A stretch of 61,734 nt of DNA from Planctomycetota bacterium (GTDB lineage Bacteria > Planctomycetota > Planctomycetia > Pirellulales > Pirellulaceae): assembly GCA_024274855.1 (NCBI GenBank), contig JAJSAJ010000012.1, positions 1 through 61,734 of the forward strand, written 5' to 3'. Positions 30,780-41,709 of the stretch are shown here, piece after piece (position 1 is the stretch's first letter; each line of letters begins with the position of its first letter). The translations under genes and the position numbers were made by a program. The notes beneath the pieces were generated by a model that saw only the letters and a program-made list of their open reading frames with translations, was not told the origin of the DNA and did not search any database.

Positions 30780-32864
30780 TCATTGAGCTACATAGCATTT
30801 CATCGCTCGATAGGTCAAGACGACACGATTCGAGCGTGGTGGTGCTGGACCGTCGACGTTGGGATAGATGTCCCGCGGTGACGGACTGGCCGTATCCAAG
30901 AACAATCGCCAACGTTTATGCTGGACGACATCGGGAATCATGAACTCGCGAGCCTCCGAGGTGGCATTGAACATCAACAATACGTCACGTCCCGCGCCGG
31001 TCGGATCTTCCTGAATGCTGGGCGAAGTCAGCAGGCAGATCAGAGTCTGATCGTCGGGATTCCAAGTTGCCGATAAGCCATCCGCGTTAAACCACGACAC
31101 ATCCGGCAACTGGCCATCCTCACGAACGTTTCCCGAAAGAAACCGCTGGCGTCGTACTGTCGGTTGATTGCGACGAAACCGAATCAACGTTTTGACAAAC
31201 CGTAAGAGTTCCGAGTTCCGTTTCGTCAGACGCCAGTCGAACCAGGATAGATCATTATCCTGGCAATAGGCATTGTTATTTCCTTTTTGAGTGCGTTGGC
31301 ATTCATCCCCAGCCACGATCATGGGCACACCCTGACTAAGCAACAATGTAGACAGGATATTCTTGATCTGCCTGGTCCGCAATTGTCGGACGGCCTTGCG
31401 ACGTGTCGGTCCTTCGACCCCATAGTTATCACTCAGATTGTGGTTATCTCCGTCCCGATTGCCCTCGCCGTTGAGCTCGTTGTGTTTGTCCTTGTAGGTA
31501 ACCAGATCATTCAGCGTAAAGCCATCGTGGGATGTCACGAAATTGATGCTGCAGTACGGCGATCTCCCGCCCCCCTGGTACAGGTCACTCGAGCCGGACA
31601 GACGTGTCGCCAGATCGCCAAGCGAACCCATATCGCCTCGCCAGACTCGGCGGATGTCGTCTCGGTATCGTCCATTCCATTCAGCCCAATGTCGGTGGTT
31701 GGAGAACGAACCGACTTGGTACGCACCAGCCGCGTCCCACGCTTCGGCGATGATTTTCGTATCCGCTAACATCGGATCTTCGGCAATGGCCTCAACCAAC
31801 GGAGGATTCGGAACCAGATCGCCGCTGCGATCTCGGCTGAGAATCGAAGCCAGATCGAAACGGAATCCGTCGACGTGGTAATTGTGAACCCAGTGGCGTA
31901 AACAGTGAAAGATCATTTCCCGAACGATCGGGTGGTTGCCATTAATCGTGTTGCCACACCCTGAATAGTTACAGTAGCGACTGCCACAGTTTGCCAAGTG
32001 GTAGTAGACGTGGTTTTCGAGCCCCTTGAAACTCAAGACAGGCCCCAATTCGTTTCCTTCACACGTGTGGTTGAAGACAACATCCAGAATCACCTCGATG
32101 CCCGCCTGGTGCAACGCCTTGACCATTTGCTTGAACTCGAGGACCTGGCACCCTGGTTCGTTGCCGACCGCGTAGCCACGATGCGGTGCGAAGAAGGCCA
32201 TCGGGTCGTAACCCCAGTAATTCGGACGTTCGGGAGCATTTCCCCAGATGTCTCGGATCGGAAACTCGTGAACCGGCATCAGCTCGACTGCCGTAACCCC
32301 TAACGATTTGAGATAAGGGATCTTCTCGATCACGCCAAGGTACGTCCCCGGATACTCGACCTTGCTGGTCTTGCTGCGAGTGAACCCACGCACGTGCATC
32401 TCGTAGATGACGGTCTCCGATATCTCGCGGCGCAGATGTCGGTCGCCCTCCCAGTCAAAGTAATCGTCAACGACAACGCATTTGGGCGGACGGATAATCC
32501 CGTCGTCTGATTTCTGAAAATAGCCCGCCAACGCCTTGGCATAGGGATCGATCAATCGGGCTTGACCATCATACCAGTGCCCCCGCTCGGGATCATTGGG
32601 GCCATCGGCCTGCAAGTGGTACAGTTGGCCCGGCCCGACACCCGGCACAAAAATACTCCAAATGTCTCCCCAGCGATCCGTGGCACAATCAAAAGGGACG
32701 ACATCCGACGGTTCGCGATCCGTCACACCATCGTACAGCAGCAAACGCATGGCCGTTGCCGAATGGCTGTAAATGACGAATTGCACGCCGCCGTCGTGGA
32801 GCAACGCTCCGTAAGGCAACGCATGGGTAAACTGGAATACAGGATGGGGATGTCGCATCAGCAT
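30780..32864 (-). CDS. glgX: Glycogen debranching enzyme (isoamylase-type, GH13)
   Basis: Full-length match in pattern to GlgX (VFNHT, GFRFDLA, EAWD, SHDGFTLNDLV). GAGG lies 7 nt upstream of the ATG at 32864. Confidence 0.9.
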   Translation of the reverse strand: MLMRHPHPVFQFTHALPYGALLHDGGVQFVIYSHSATAMRLLLYDGVTDREPSDVVPFDCATDRWGDIWSIFVPGVGPGQLYHLQADGPNDPERGHWYDGQARLIDPYAKALAGYFQKSDDGIIRPPKCVVVDDYFDWEGDRHLRREISETVIYEMHVRGFTRSKTSKVEYPGTYLGVIEKIPYLKSLGVTAVELMPVHEFPIRDIWGNAPERPNYWGYDPMAFFAPHRGYAVGNEPGCQVLEFKQMVKALHQAGIEVILDVVFNHTCEGNELGPVLSFKGLENHVYYHLANCGSRYCNYSGCGNTINGNHPIVREMIFHCLRHWVHNYHVDGFRFDLASILSRDRSGDLVPNPPLVEAIAEDPMLADTKIIAEAWDAAGAYQVGSFSNHRHWAEWNGRYRDDIRRVWRGDMGSLGDLATRLSGSSDLYQGGGRSPYCSINFVTSHDGFTLNDLVTYKDKHNELNGEGNRDGDNHNLSDNYGVEGPTRRKAVRQLRTRQIKNILSTLLLSQGVPMIVAGDECQRTQKGNNNAYCQDNDLSWFDWRLTKRNSELLRFVKTLIRFRRNQPTVRRQRFLSGNVREDGQLPDVSWFNADGLSATWNPDDQTLICLLTSPSIQEDPTGAGRDVLLMFNATSEAREFMIPDVVQHKRWRLFLDTASPSPRDIYPNVDGPAPPRSNRVVLTYRAMKCYVAQ

Positions 32865-33213
32865 TAGCAAACCTCGCTACGTTCCAAGGTGTATATCGTG
32901 GAAGTACGTCCAACAATACCACCCACAAACGTGCGAAGCAGGACTTCGAACCCCTTTGTGATGGAAAATCAATCGGCGCGCCGCATGTCGCGATACCTGG
33001 CGAAACCATGCCATCGGGTAAGGATGTTGCGCGCCGGTAAACCTTGCAGCCCGAGCGGGATAGAACAGCAAGACTCGTGCAAACCGCCCCCCCAGACGCC
33101 TGCTACGACTCGCTTGCAAACCGTGCAGCCCGCAGTGCCACTTGCCACAATCCTCATCTCTTCCGGTATCAGGCACGTCCAGTATCAGGGCAGGCGGGTA
33201 TTTGCCAGCTCCT

Positions 33214-33993
33214 CTACTCGTCTCCGCGAAAATGCGCGTGACAGTCGTCGCACGCACGCGTCATGGTCTTAAGCATCGACTTGGCGCCTTCCTGGTCGCC
33301 TCGGTGGATCGCCATGTTGACACCACCCGCGGCATCGCGCATCTCCACGCAATACTTGACCCATTTTGCTTCGTCCGCTTCATCCGAACAGTATGTGTCG
33401 TCAAAAGCCGACACTTGGGCAATCGCAGCCAAAGCTGCTGCCAATCCCACAGCCTTGTCCCGAGACTTCGCGAATCGACGACCGTTGACACCACGACGCA
33501 AGCTGCTGTTGAGCTTGGGAACCTGCAACATCAATTGCTCGATGTCCCCCACCGAATGCCAAGAAATATCGTCCGAAGTCTCACTTTTCAGAGCCTCGTC
33601 CAAACTTGCCAGTGCCTTGTTCGCTGTTGCAAACTGGTCCGCGTTCTCAGCAACCGCCAACGCAGCATCAATTACCCCTTTCGCCCCCTTCTTCACCTGG
33701 CTGGACTGATCGTGCTTGGCCAAAACGAGTGCGATCACGGCAACCGTATTCGCATCCCGCGCCACCCGCTGCTGCTGACCGGACTCGTACTCGTCTTCTG
33801 TTGCCAAATCACTGTGCATATGATCAACCAGAACGTGCAACTGACCAACCAGGTCTTTCGCCGGTACATAATGGGACGGTGCACAGGTCACTCGATCCGC
33901 CGCCGGGCCAGCCGCAACAATCGGTAGACTACTTGCCAGCCCGATCAGCCCGATTCCAACACCAACAAGGACAACAAAAAGAGTGGGTTTCAT
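33214..33993 (-). CDS. Periplasmic class-II (cytochrome c'-like) haem protein, four-helix-bundle type
   Basis: Signal peptide. A single CDDCH haem-binding motif at the extreme C-terminus, as in cytochromes c'/c556. AGGAG lies 7 nt upstream of the ATG at 33993. Confidence 0.6.
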   Translation of the reverse strand: MKPTLFVVLVGVGIGLIGLASSLPIVAAGPAADRVTCAPSHYVPAKDLVGQLHVLVDHMHSDLATEDEYESGQQQRVARDANTVAVIALVLAKHDQSSQVKKGAKGVIDAALAVAENADQFATANKALASLDEALKSETSDDISWHSVGDIEQLMLQVPKLNSSLRRGVNGRRFAKSRDKAVGLAAALAAIAQVSAFDDTYCSDEADEAKWVKYCVEMRDAAGGVNMAIHRGDQEGAKSMLKTMTRACDDCHAHFRGDE

Positions 33994-34287
33994 CCGAAAA
34001 CTCCTCATCCAGATCGTTCATTCCCCTTGACCTGCCTGTCTCAAAACCGGCAGGGCAGGCCAACCAAAACACATACTTCCGTCTTGTCGGCTGGCGGTGC
34101 GTCCATCGTATCGGTTTTTTTCACCGCGCAGACCCGATAATCTTACCAGAATACCTAACCAGCTAAGTCGTCACCATGGGTCGGCAGGGCAGCCACCCAG
34201 CTTCAAGCCGGCGTTGGAAGGCAGTGATCGTCAGCTGGGCCAACGGGAGCCAAGCTGGTGAAAAGTGTCGACTCTGGTTGACGTTAC

Positions 34288-34312
34288 GGCTCAGCCGGAG
34301 CTTCGCCCTCCC
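34288..34312 (+). repeat. REP-like 25-mer GGCTCAGCCGGAGCTTCGCCCTCCC (family copy b)
   Basis: One mismatch to the identical 25-mers at 5037-5061 and 58071-58095. Intergenic. Confidence 0.5.
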
Positions 34313-34583
34313 GTGTGGTGGACCATCTTACGATCAAGGCCGCGCTGGGACCGCATTGGTCCGACCCGCTGGTCGATCCGCTTTGCCAAAAACCTACCGA
34401 TGCTTGAAGTTGGCACGATAGAGCCCCCTATTAGCGGTATTTGCAGGTTTTATTGCGAGAGCAGGCAGCATGAAAAAATCCGTCGAGGGGGTCAATAGCA
34501 ACATCAGGTCGCCGGTGCGTTGACAACCTGTGTGGCTCGCACGTAGAATTCCCAGTTTCCGTCACCAAACGAGCGACCGTTGA

Positions 34584-35648
34584 ATGGCTAAAGCAACATA
34601 CAAGAGTGCCGGGGTCGACCTGGACGTTTACCGCGAGTCGATGTCCCGCCTGCCGCAATTGATGCACCGAACGTTTTCGCCTCGGGTTTTGAACCTGGAT
34701 GGCGGGTTTGCCGGTCTTTTTCAGCTCGATTTCGACAATCGGTTGTTTTGCCGCAACTACAGCCAGCCGGTTTTGGTTTCTGGCACGGACGGCGTTGGCA
34801 CGAAGCTAAAAATTGCCCGATTGGCCGATGCCCACAATACGGTCGGCATCGATCTGGTGGCAATGTGCGTCAACGATGTCATTTGCTGTGGTGCCGAGCC
34901 ACTTTTTTTCCTCGATTATGTTGCCATGTCTCACGATGACCCGAATATTTTGGCGCAGGTCGTCGAGGGCGTCAGCAACGGGTGCCTGTTGGCCGGTTGT
35001 GCCCTGTTGGGTGGTGAGACGGCGATCATGCCCGACATGTACGCTGCGGGAGATTATGATCTGGCCGGTTTTTGCGTCGGGGTTGTGGAGCGGCGGCACC
35101 TGATCGATGGAAAGACGATTGTTCCGGATGACGTCGTTTTGGGCGTGGCATCCAATGGTCTACATTCCAACGGATTCAGCCTGGTGCGAAAAGTCGTCTT
35201 CGAGATGAATGGACTGGGCGTGGGGGATTCGGTTGATGAACTTGGCCAAACGGTCGGGAGTGTCTTGATGACTCCAACTCGCATCTACGCGAAAAGCGTG
35301 CACCAAGTCCAGAAATACTACAAGATCAAGAACGTCGTCCATGGTCTAGCCCACATCACGGGTGGGGGCCTGCATGAGAACATCGAGCGGATCGTGCCCC
35401 CGACTGCTGAAGTACGGATTGACAAGGGCAGTTGGGAGATTCCCCCCCTTTTTCCGTGGCTGCAGCGGCTTGGCAACATCGACGAAGACGAGATGTACCG
35501 CGTTTTCAACATGGGCATTGGGCTCGCTTTGATCGTCCGCCCGTTGTACGCCGATACGGTGCAGCGGATTATTCGCGATCAGGGGTTTGGCTGTTGGCCG
35601 ATCGGCCACGTTTCCGAAGGATCGGGGAGCGTCGTTTGGACCGAATAG
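34584..35648 (+). CDS. purM: Phosphoribosylformylglycinamidine cyclo-ligase (AIR synthetase)
   Basis: 354 aa. [30 protein letters not shown] and GGETAIMP motifs. Confidence 0.95.
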   Translation: MAKATYKSAGVDLDVYRESMSRLPQLMHRTFSPRVLNLDGGFAGLFQLDFDNRLFCRNYSQPVLVSGTDGVGTKLKIARLADAHNTVGIDLVAMCVNDVICCGAEPLFFLDYVAMSHDDPNILAQVVEGVSNGCLLAGCALLGGETAIMPDMYAAGDYDLAGFCVGVVERRHLIDGKTIVPDDVVLGVASNGLHSNGFSLVRKVVFEMNGLGVGDSVDELGQTVGSVLMTPTRIYAKSVHQVQKYYKIKNVVHGLAHITGGGLHENIERIVPPTAEVRIDKGSWEIPPLFPWLQRLGNIDEDEMYRVFNMGIGLALIVRPLYADTVQRIIRDQGFGCWPIGHVSEGSGSVVWTE

Positions 35649-35718
35649 TTTGCCACGACGGTCGCCGTTCACCTGTACGCCTCCGGTTTTTGTTACAATA
35701 CCAGCGGTCTATTTTCCT

Positions 35719-35855
35719 GTAGCCGTTCACGCCGCTGGGGTCTGACGCAATTTTCGGCGGAGAAAGCGTTTCTTTACGCGAACACATTTTTGTCGCCGAA
35801 AATGGGTCTGACCCCTTGGAAGCGAGCCGGCGGCCTACATTCCGTAAACGGTTAC
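35719..35855 (-). mobile_element. 137-bp palindromic MITE-like element, copy 1, flanked by the 8-bp direct repeat ATTTTCCT
   Basis: Terminal inverted repeats GTAGCCGTTCACG / CGTAAACGGTTAC. Internal long imperfect palindrome. About 97% identical (apart from a 9-nt indel) to the reverse complement of 48125-48252. ATTTTCCT occurs at 35711-35718 and 35856-35863. Confidence 0.75.
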
Positions 35856-35892
35856 ATTTTCCTGCCCACGATTTCCCTCGGAGACCCGCTCC

Positions 35893-38800
35893 ATGACACG
35901 GCCACCTATCAGCGTTCTGCTCGCTTTGTCCAGCCTATTCACGTCCGCCTTCTCGGTAGGTGCAGCCGAGGATACAACGCGTCCGGCAACTGCATCGCCC
36001 CCACGCAATGTGTGCGAGTCACCTCGAGACATTCCGATAGCCTATGCAGCCGACCTGGTCATTGTCGGCGGCAGCACCGGTGCGGTATCGGCCGCGGTGG
36101 CTGCAGCCGAACAAGGTGCCAAAGTGTTCCTTGCGGCACCGTTTCCCTATTTGGGTGAAGACATGACCGCCACGTTGCGGCTTTGGCTGGAACCAGGCGA
36201 GCGGCCGAAGTCTCCATTGGCTCGACGAATCTTTAATGACACGTCACGCGAGGATCCCAATGGAAAGGGACTGGCATTCTCATACGTTTCGGACCGTTCC
36301 GCTTCGTCCCCGCACCCCGACACGACGCCTCCATCGCGATTATCAGACGGCCGTTGGAACCTAGCCACCGATCAGAGTGTCCAATACGATGAGGACGTGA
36401 CGATCACCGCCGATTTGGGAAGCGTCCAAAGCGTTCGAAGCGTGGCGGTCACGTTTTTTCGCCGACGAGCCGGTTCGGATCCCAAAACAGGATTCGAAGT
36501 GGGCCGAGCCACTCTTTGGACCAGCCAGGATAAGAAGACATGGCATCAGGTGGATAAAATCGAGAACGATCTTCCATTCCAAGACGTCTCTCGTCTGTCG
36601 TTAAATGTCGGCACGCAGGCACGGTATATTAGGCTGCTGTTGACGCTTCCCGAAGACTACACACGGATGTTAATCGGCGAGATCACGATTCATGGACCTC
36701 GTCCGCCGGCCAAAGCGGGCAGGTCGGACACTCTTCCGCCACGTCCCATGCACGTCAAGAAAACCCTGGATGATGTCTTAATTCAAGCCGGCGTTCAGTA
36801 CTTGTACAGTTGCTATGCCACGGACCTGCTTTACAACGCGGACGGCGACGTGGCGGGGATCGTGATTGCCAACCGAGCAGGTCGTCAGGCAGTGCTCGCC
36901 AAGACGGTTATTGATGCCACATCGCGAGCGACGATGGCGCGAGTCGCCGGTGCCCGTTTTCGACCTTATCCGAAGGGCAATCACACGTTTCAACGCGTTG
37001 TCATCGGAGGCCATCCTGCCGATAATGAATCGCTGAAAGCTCGGATCCCCGCAGCGCCCTACTCAAGCGTCTATGCGAACCCGGCCGGGGATTCCACCAA
37101 CACGTTCGACATCATCGAATACACGCTTTCATTACCAATGGCCGATGACCGATACGGCTCGTACATGAAGGCCGATCAAATTGCCCGGACAATGACCTAC
37201 GACCCGGATCAACAGTTCACGTCGGATATACTCTTCGAAGTTCCACCAGATCCGATGCACGGACAAGAGACGGCCGACGGGCCCTTTAGAAACGTCGACG
37301 CGTTGCCGTTGGGCGCATTCCGCCCCGAAGGAATCGACCGATTCTGGGTCCTGGGGGGTTGCGCGGACGTTTCACGCCGGCAAGCCGAAGGACTGCTCAG
37401 GCCACTAGCCCTCATCGACCTGGGCGCGCGCATCGGCCAGGCCGCAGCAGCTGCGGTACAATCGATCTCGGAAAGCAAACCAGTCCGACTCAGCGGCGCC
37501 TCATGCAATTCGTCCTCGCGGAAAGTAAATGTGCGCGAGGCACTCAGCGGCGTACGACCCGTGGGAACATACAAGACGATTCACCAGCAGGCGAGAGCTC
37601 TTCCGATTCTGAATACCTGTGACGTGGTCGTCATCGGCGGCGGAACGGGCGGTGGTCCGGCTGGAATTGGTGCCGCACGTCAAGATGCCAAGACACTTGT
37701 CATCGAATATCTTTACGGACTCGGAGGGGTCGGAACGCAAGGTGCCATTTCCAGTTACTACTGGGGAAATAGAATCGGATTTACCGCCACCGTACTTGAC
37801 GGTGCGACGAAATGGCCCATTGAGCCAAAAATGGAATGGTACCGCAAACAACTGCTCGATGCGGGCGGCGAAGTCTGGTTCGGTACGATCGGCTGCGGCG
37901 CGGTCGTCGATGACGACAATCGAGTCATCGGTGCCGTCGTCGCAACACCCTACGGACGCGGTGTCGTTCTTGCCAACACGGTTATCGACGCAACCGGCAA
38001 CTCGGACGTCGCCGCGGCCGCCGGTGCAAACTGTATGTATACCGATGCAACCGAATTCGGCATGCAGGGAACGGGCCTGCCCGGCCGGCAACTCGGGGGC
38101 AGTTACAATAACACCGATTTCACAATTGTTGACGAAACCGACTTGCTCGACATCTGGCGCATGTTTGTCTTCTCAAAGAATAAGTACGCCAACGCTTTCG
38201 ACCACGGCCGGCTGATCGACACTCGGGAACGGCGCCGGATTGTCGGCGGGTTCACGCTGTCGATCCTCGATGAAGTCAACCAACGCACCTACCCGGACAC
38301 CGTGGTTCAAGCCTACAGTAACTTCGACACGCACGGCTATACGATCGATAAGTATTTCCTTTTGGAACACCCCGAGAAAAAGGGAATTCACGTCAACATC
38401 CCGATTCGCGCCATGTTGCCTGACGGGCTGGAGGGAATCATCGTCACTGGCTTGAGTATCAGTGCGCAACGTGATGCGATCCCCCTGATCCGCATGCAGG
38501 CCGATATTCAAAACGGTGGCTACGCAGCCGGTGTCGCTTCGGCAATGGCCGCTCGCCGCAAGATCCCGATCCGCCAAATCTACCTTCGCGAGCTTCAGGA
38601 ACACTTGATCAAGATCGGCAATCTAACACCAAGCGTTCTTGAGGACAAAGACTCGTATCCGTTGTCAGATGCGAAACTCGCCGAAGCGGTCACTAGCCTG
38701 CCCAATGGGATCGGCGCGGCCGTAATCATGACCGAACCCCAACGTTCGATCCCGATGCTCGAAAAGGCCTATGCCGGCGCTTCCGGCGACGCGAAACTCG

Positions 38801-39384
38801 TATATGCCAAGGCCCTCGCCGTACTCGGCCAAGCGACGGGACTCGTGACGCTGCTCGATGCCGTGCAACAGGCCAAACAGTGGGACGCCGGCTGGGACTA
38901 TAAGGGAATGGGCCAATTCGGCAGTGCGCTCAGCCCTCTGGATGAACTGGTCATTTGTCTCGGGCGGGTGGGGAATCCGAAAGCAATTCCCGCGATTCTG
39001 GAGAAGTTGAAACAGCTGGATCGCAAGAGTCCGTTTTCCCACTACCGCGCCGTCGCGCTCGCACTGGAACTGATCGGCGATCCCGAAGCCGCAAAGCCGC
39101 TGGCCGAGGCCCTCGCACGGCCCGGCATCACCGGCCACGTCCAGAATGATCTCGAATCCGCCAAACGGGACGGCACGCCAGGGGGTACGACCGCCGAGCG
39201 CCCACGGCGCAATTCGCTTCGCGAGCTGCTGCTGGCCCGTGCGCTCTATCGGTGCGGCGATTATCAGAATGTCGGCCAGACCATTCTGAAACGCTACACG
39301 CATGACCTGCGAGGCCATCTGGCTCGCCACGCCCAGGCGATACTCGATGCAGGGCACACGGGCCCGAAGGCAGCCGAGAAATAG
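35893..39384 (+). CDS. Large secreted FAD-dependent oxidoreductase-family protein with discoidin-like (F5/8 type C) insert and C-terminal HEAT-like repeats
   Basis: Two FAD-binding motifs (DLVIVGGSTGAVSAAVAAAEQGAKV and DVVVIGGGTGGGPAGIGAARQDAKT), a signal peptide, and C-terminal LGRVGNPKAIPAILEKL repeats. Confidence 0.75.
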   Translation: MTRPPISVLLALSSLFTSAFSVGAAEDTTRPATASPPRNVCESPRDIPIAYAADLVIVGGSTGAVSAAVAAAEQGAKVFLAAPFPYLGEDMTATLRLWLEPGERPKSPLARRIFNDTSREDPNGKGLAFSYVSDRSASSPHPDTTPPSRLSDGRWNLATDQSVQYDEDVTITADLGSVQSVRSVAVTFFRRRAGSDPKTGFEVGRATLWTSQDKKTWHQVDKIENDLPFQDVSRLSLNVGTQARYIRLLLTLPEDYTRMLIGEITIHGPRPPAKAGRSDTLPPRPMHVKKTLDDVLIQAGVQYLYSCYATDLLYNADGDVAGIVIANRAGRQAVLAKTVIDATSRATMARVAGARFRPYPKGNHTFQRVVIGGHPADNESLKARIPAAPYSSVYANPAGDSTNTFDIIEYTLSLPMADDRYGSYMKADQIARTMTYDPDQQFTSDILFEVPPDPMHGQETADGPFRNVDALPLGAFRPEGIDRFWVLGGCADVSRRQAEGLLRPLALIDLGARIGQAAAAAVQSISESKPVRLSGASCNSSSRKVNVREALSGVRPVGTYKTIHQQARALPILNTCDVVVIGGGTGGGPAGIGAARQDAKTLVIEYLYGLGGVGTQGAISSYYWGNRIGFTATVLDGATKWPIEPKMEWYRKQLLDAGGEVWFGTIGCGAVVDDDNRVIGAVVATPYGRGVVLANTVIDATGNSDVAAAAGANCMYTDATEFGMQGTGLPGRQLGGSYNNTDFTIVDETDLLDIWRMFVFSKNKYANAFDHGRLIDTRERRRIVGGFTLSILDEVNQRTYPDTVVQAYSNFDTHGYTIDKYFLLEHPEKKGIHVNIPIRAMLPDGLEGIIVTGLSISAQRDAIPLIRMQADIQNGGYAAGVASAMAARRKIPIRQIYLRELQEHLIKIGNLTPSVLEDKDSYPLSDAKLAEAVTSLPNGIGAAVIMTEPQRSIPMLEKAYAGASGDAKLVYAKALAVLGQATGLVTLLDAVQQAKQWDAGWDYKGMGQFGSALSPLDELVICLGRVGNPKAIPAILEKLKQLDRKSPFSHYRAVALALELIGDPEAAKPLAEALARPGITGHVQNDLESAKRDGTPGGTTAERPRRNSLRELLLARALYRCGDYQNVGQTILKRYTHDLRGHLARHAQAILDAGHTGPKAAEK

Positions 39385-39421
39385 TCCACAGGAACGGGAG
39401 TCATCGCGTGAGGAGTTCAGC

Positions 39422-39792
39422 ATGATGAGATTGAGATCTGTTGTCCTGGTATTGGTCTTGCTCCTGGCCACGGCTCTGCCGCTTGCAGCGCAAACGTCCT
39501 CGATGGTGTGGAACGCGAAGTGGAAGGCCGAGAACAAGCGGTGGGTCGCCTATCATTTGACCGGCGTTAGACCGGACAGACTCGACGCTACAAAGAAACT
39601 CATTGTCGAAGCCCTTGCGCCGCTGGGATTCAACGCCTTATTCTGGAGGTCGACTACGGTTTCCAATTCAAGTCACACCCAGAATTAAACACTAGCGGCC
39701 TTAGCAAGAAGCCGACCCGCGAGGAAACGACACGGGGTGTTGCAGCTACAATCCAGGCAGGGCTGAAAGAACTGCATTCGACGGGCAAGTGA
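39422..39792 (+). pseudogene. Frameshifted, truncated fragment of a secreted glycoside-hydrolase-like protein
   Basis: Strong RBS (GAGGAG 6 nt upstream) and signal peptide MMRLRSVVLVLVLLLATALPLAAQ. After ...LAPLGFNAL the conserved-looking ILEVDYGFQFKSHPEL continues in the next frame, consistent with a 1-nt loss near 39643. That frame stops at 39790-39792. Confidence 0.4.
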
Positions 39793-39923
39793 GCAACCGA
39801 CTGCCTCAAGACAGCACGCGGTGACGTTCCAGGCCGACTTCTAGACGCCTCCTGGTTAGTGAAGCCCCGGAGATCTTGAGCACCGTTCGCGACTCGCCAC
39901 TTTTGCATACCGCGACCTAGATA

Positions 39924-41078
39924 TCAGTCACCATAGAAGCCGTATTCGTACGCCGCATCATACATGGCCAGCACATTTTCCGGTGGCACGCCTGCTTGAA
40001 TGTTGTGCACGTTGTTGAAAACATATCCCCCACCCGGCTTCAACAACTCGATGTTCCGACGCACATGCCGACGCACCGTCTGAACATCCGCGTGTGGCAA
40101 GACATGCTGCGAGTCGATCGCACCACCCCAGAAGGTCAATCGATCTCCGAACTCGGCCTTCAGCACCTGAGGGTCCATGCTGTCGGCGCTGATCTGAACA
40201 GGGTTGATCGCATCGATGCCATTGTCCAACAAGTCTGGAATATAAGCTCGGCAGCCACCACACGTGTGGTACCATACCTTGGCGGGCGTCTTCGACTTGA
40301 TGAATTGCACCAGTTGTTTTTGGCGAGGTTTGACCACTCGGCGATAAAATTCGGGCTGAAACAGCGGCCCACGTTGACCGGCAATATCATCACCGATCAT
40401 GATCACGTCAACAACATCCCCCACTTCGTCCAGAAACAAGCCGAACCAATCCAGCCAGAATCGCAGTGTCCGATCAAGCAACGTTTCACAAAACTCGGGC
40501 TGCTCGATCATATCCATGAACCACCGTTCGAGCCCTCGCATGTACCAGCAGATCTCATAGACGACTCCGCTGATCCCGCTGACAACGGCATACGGTGTTT
40601 CGTTGCGTATCTGCAAGGCTTGTTCGCGCAGTCCCGCGAAACGCGTCGGATCATCACCTTTGGGAAACGGGTACGCCTTGACATCGGCGGTCGACGCGTC
40701 GGCAAGTGGATGGTGAGTGATGTCCATATAGAGTGGTGACTCGTCGGGCATCGACCATCGGATCCCGAACTCATCGACCAAATCATGCCACCGTTGGCCG
40801 TCACGTTCAGCAGCAACAATCCGACCATCAAAACCCGCGGCAGCGCCGGCGTGGATATAACGAGTGTCGACGCGCAGACGCTGCAAAACGGCCTCACTTG
40901 GCTTGGCCAGTTGTTGGACCGCATCGATAATCGCAATTTCTTCGTCAAGCTCCAGATGCTTAATCAGCATCTCGTACGCGCACTTGTGAATCCCCGTCTG
41001 GTTGCCTCCCAAGTCAATCGGAATTCGATCAGGCGTCTGGTGATTCATCGCGGCCAGAAGACGTTGCCGCCCAGTCAT
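39924..41078 (-). CDS. Uroporphyrinogen decarboxylase (URO-D) family protein, methyltransferase/decarboxylase-like
   Basis: MTGRQRLLAAMNHQTPDRIPIDLGG... and C-terminal HTCGG...INPVQ...FWGGAID...VHNIQAGVPPENV are typical of the family. Confidence 0.75.
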   Translation of the reverse strand: MTGRQRLLAAMNHQTPDRIPIDLGGNQTGIHKCAYEMLIKHLELDEEIAIIDAVQQLAKPSEAVLQRLRVDTRYIHAGAAAGFDGRIVAAERDGQRWHDLVDEFGIRWSMPDESPLYMDITHHPLADASTADVKAYPFPKGDDPTRFAGLREQALQIRNETPYAVVSGISGVVYEICWYMRGLERWFMDMIEQPEFCETLLDRTLRFWLDWFGLFLDEVGDVVDVIMIGDDIAGQRGPLFQPEFYRRVVKPRQKQLVQFIKSKTPAKVWYHTCGGCRAYIPDLLDNGIDAINPVQISADSMDPQVLKAEFGDRLTFWGGAIDSQHVLPHADVQTVRRHVRRNIELLKPGGGYVFNNVHNIQAGVPPENVLAMYDAAYEYGFYGD

Positions 41079-41350
41079 CGTTTCCGCGTGTGCATCCACT
41101 GTACTTCCCCGTCTATCTTCTGTTGTCTGTCTGTTTTCAGGTGCCCGTGACAAGACGGAACCCATATTGCCAGAGCCGTTCGGACGGCTTCCGAGGCCGA
41201 ATCGACTCCGAACGAGCGGTTTCCGCCGCACACGACAAATCGCCGACACATTTGCTATCCGCCATGATCACGTAGTCACCAAGATACAACGGGTATTATA
41301 GCAGATTTCACGCAGCAAGAAGCTACGGCACCCCACACCGTGTTCTGAAA

Positions 41351-41402
41351 AGAAGCCGCCTGTTTTAGCTGGCGGAGCAGTCCCGCAGTAAACCTAGCCG
41401 GA
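41351..41402 (+). repeat. 52-nt dispersed repeat, copy 2
   Basis: AGAAGCCGCCTGTTTTAGCTGGCGGAGCAGTCCCGCAGTAAACCTAGCCGGA; 48/52 identical to 6436-6487. Intergenic. Confidence 0.6.
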
Positions 41403-41469
41403 CGCGTCGGAAGTTCGTGTGATGCCAAGCGTCCATTCCAGCCCTGAGATCACAACGAAGCAGGGGGCG

Positions 41470-41709
41470 TTACGGCGGGTCGTGGCCACCGCGACTGAAC
41501 GGGTGGCAACGGAGAATACGGCACAGTCCCTTCCAACCTCCACGCATCGGTCCGTGTTTTTGCACAGCTTGGATGAAATAGTTACTGCAGGTTGGCGTGA
41601 AGCGGCAACTGCCACCAAGCAGCGGGCGGAGGACCGTTTGATACGCTCGCACAAACAGGATCAGGCACCAAGCGGTGGCAGCCGACAACCATCGCGCGAC
41701 ACGCCTCAC
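41470..41709 (-). CDS. yidD: Membrane protein insertion efficiency factor YidD
   Basis: [50 protein letters not shown] is the YidD signature. Confidence 0.9.
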   Translation of the reverse strand: MRRVARWLSAATAWCLILFVRAYQTVLRPLLGGSCRFTPTCSNYFIQAVQKHGPMRGGWKGLCRILRCHPFSRGGHDPP

